Assembly (NCBI GenBank): GCA_000004985.1
Contig: GG739155.1
Source: Naegleria gruberi
Taxonomy: Eukaryota
Reading direction: 5' to 3' (one strand)
DNA length: 6,144 bases
The notes under the pieces were generated by a model. That model made no database searches, was not told the DNA's origin, and saw nothing but the letters and a program-made list of their open reading frames with translations. This document shows, piece after piece, positions 6,076 to 6,144 of this stretch; the stretch's first letter is position 1, and each line of letters opens with the position of its first letter. The position numbers and the translations under genes are program-made.

Positions 6076-6144
6076 CTTTTCATCTTGAGTTGGTTTTCTT
6101 GGCTTTACTTCCTCTGCCCAAGAATTCTCTCATCCAAATGAGAA

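Overview
This window is eukaryotic nuclear DNA and shows no prokaryotic operon structure. It is AT-rich, roughly one-third G+C by eye, and it encodes poly-N and poly-Q low-complexity protein segments. Its long open reading frames are broken by very short spliceosomal introns (about 38-92 nt) that have GTAAGT, GTATGT or GTAGGT donors and YAG acceptors. This fits an early-diverging fungus or a similarly compact AT-rich eukaryote, but I cannot name the organism. A 693-nt N run at 2985..3677 is an assembly gap. Four protein-coding loci are supported. (1) On the minus strand at 20..970, the N-terminal ~315 codons of an inositol polyphosphate kinase (IPK superfamily, either IP6K/Kcs1-like or IPMK-like) carry the QVAGH and PxVxDxKxG signatures. 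The frame closes right after the inositol-binding motif, so the catalytic C-terminal half must lie beyond the left edge after an intron, or the gene is truncated. (2) A plus-strand multi-exon gene starts at ATG 1731 behind an almost G-free A/C-rich leader and runs to 2805, possibly splicing onward into the gap. (3) A 433-codon plus-strand ORF at 3678..4977 has lost its 5' end in the gap; it may be the 3' part of the same gene. Neither plus-strand product resembles a family I recognise. (4) A minus-strand gene at the right encodes a 177-codon ORF (5542..6075) with one hydrophobic helix and probably a downstream exon at 4978..5282. The main structural observation is a pair of diverged inverted copies of one repeat, at 1044..1225 (+) and 5359..5469 (-). 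They share an identical 17-bp outer terminus ATTAGACTTCCGGAAAA, which contains the palindrome TTCCGGAA, and an internal AAAAAGGYGCCTTTTT palindrome. Together they bracket the 4.4-kb segment that holds the plus-strand gene(s) and the gap. The pair may be two independent MITE-like insertions or the termini of one TIR-bounded composite element; the sequence alone cannot decide this. No rRNA, tRNA or CRISPR features are seen.
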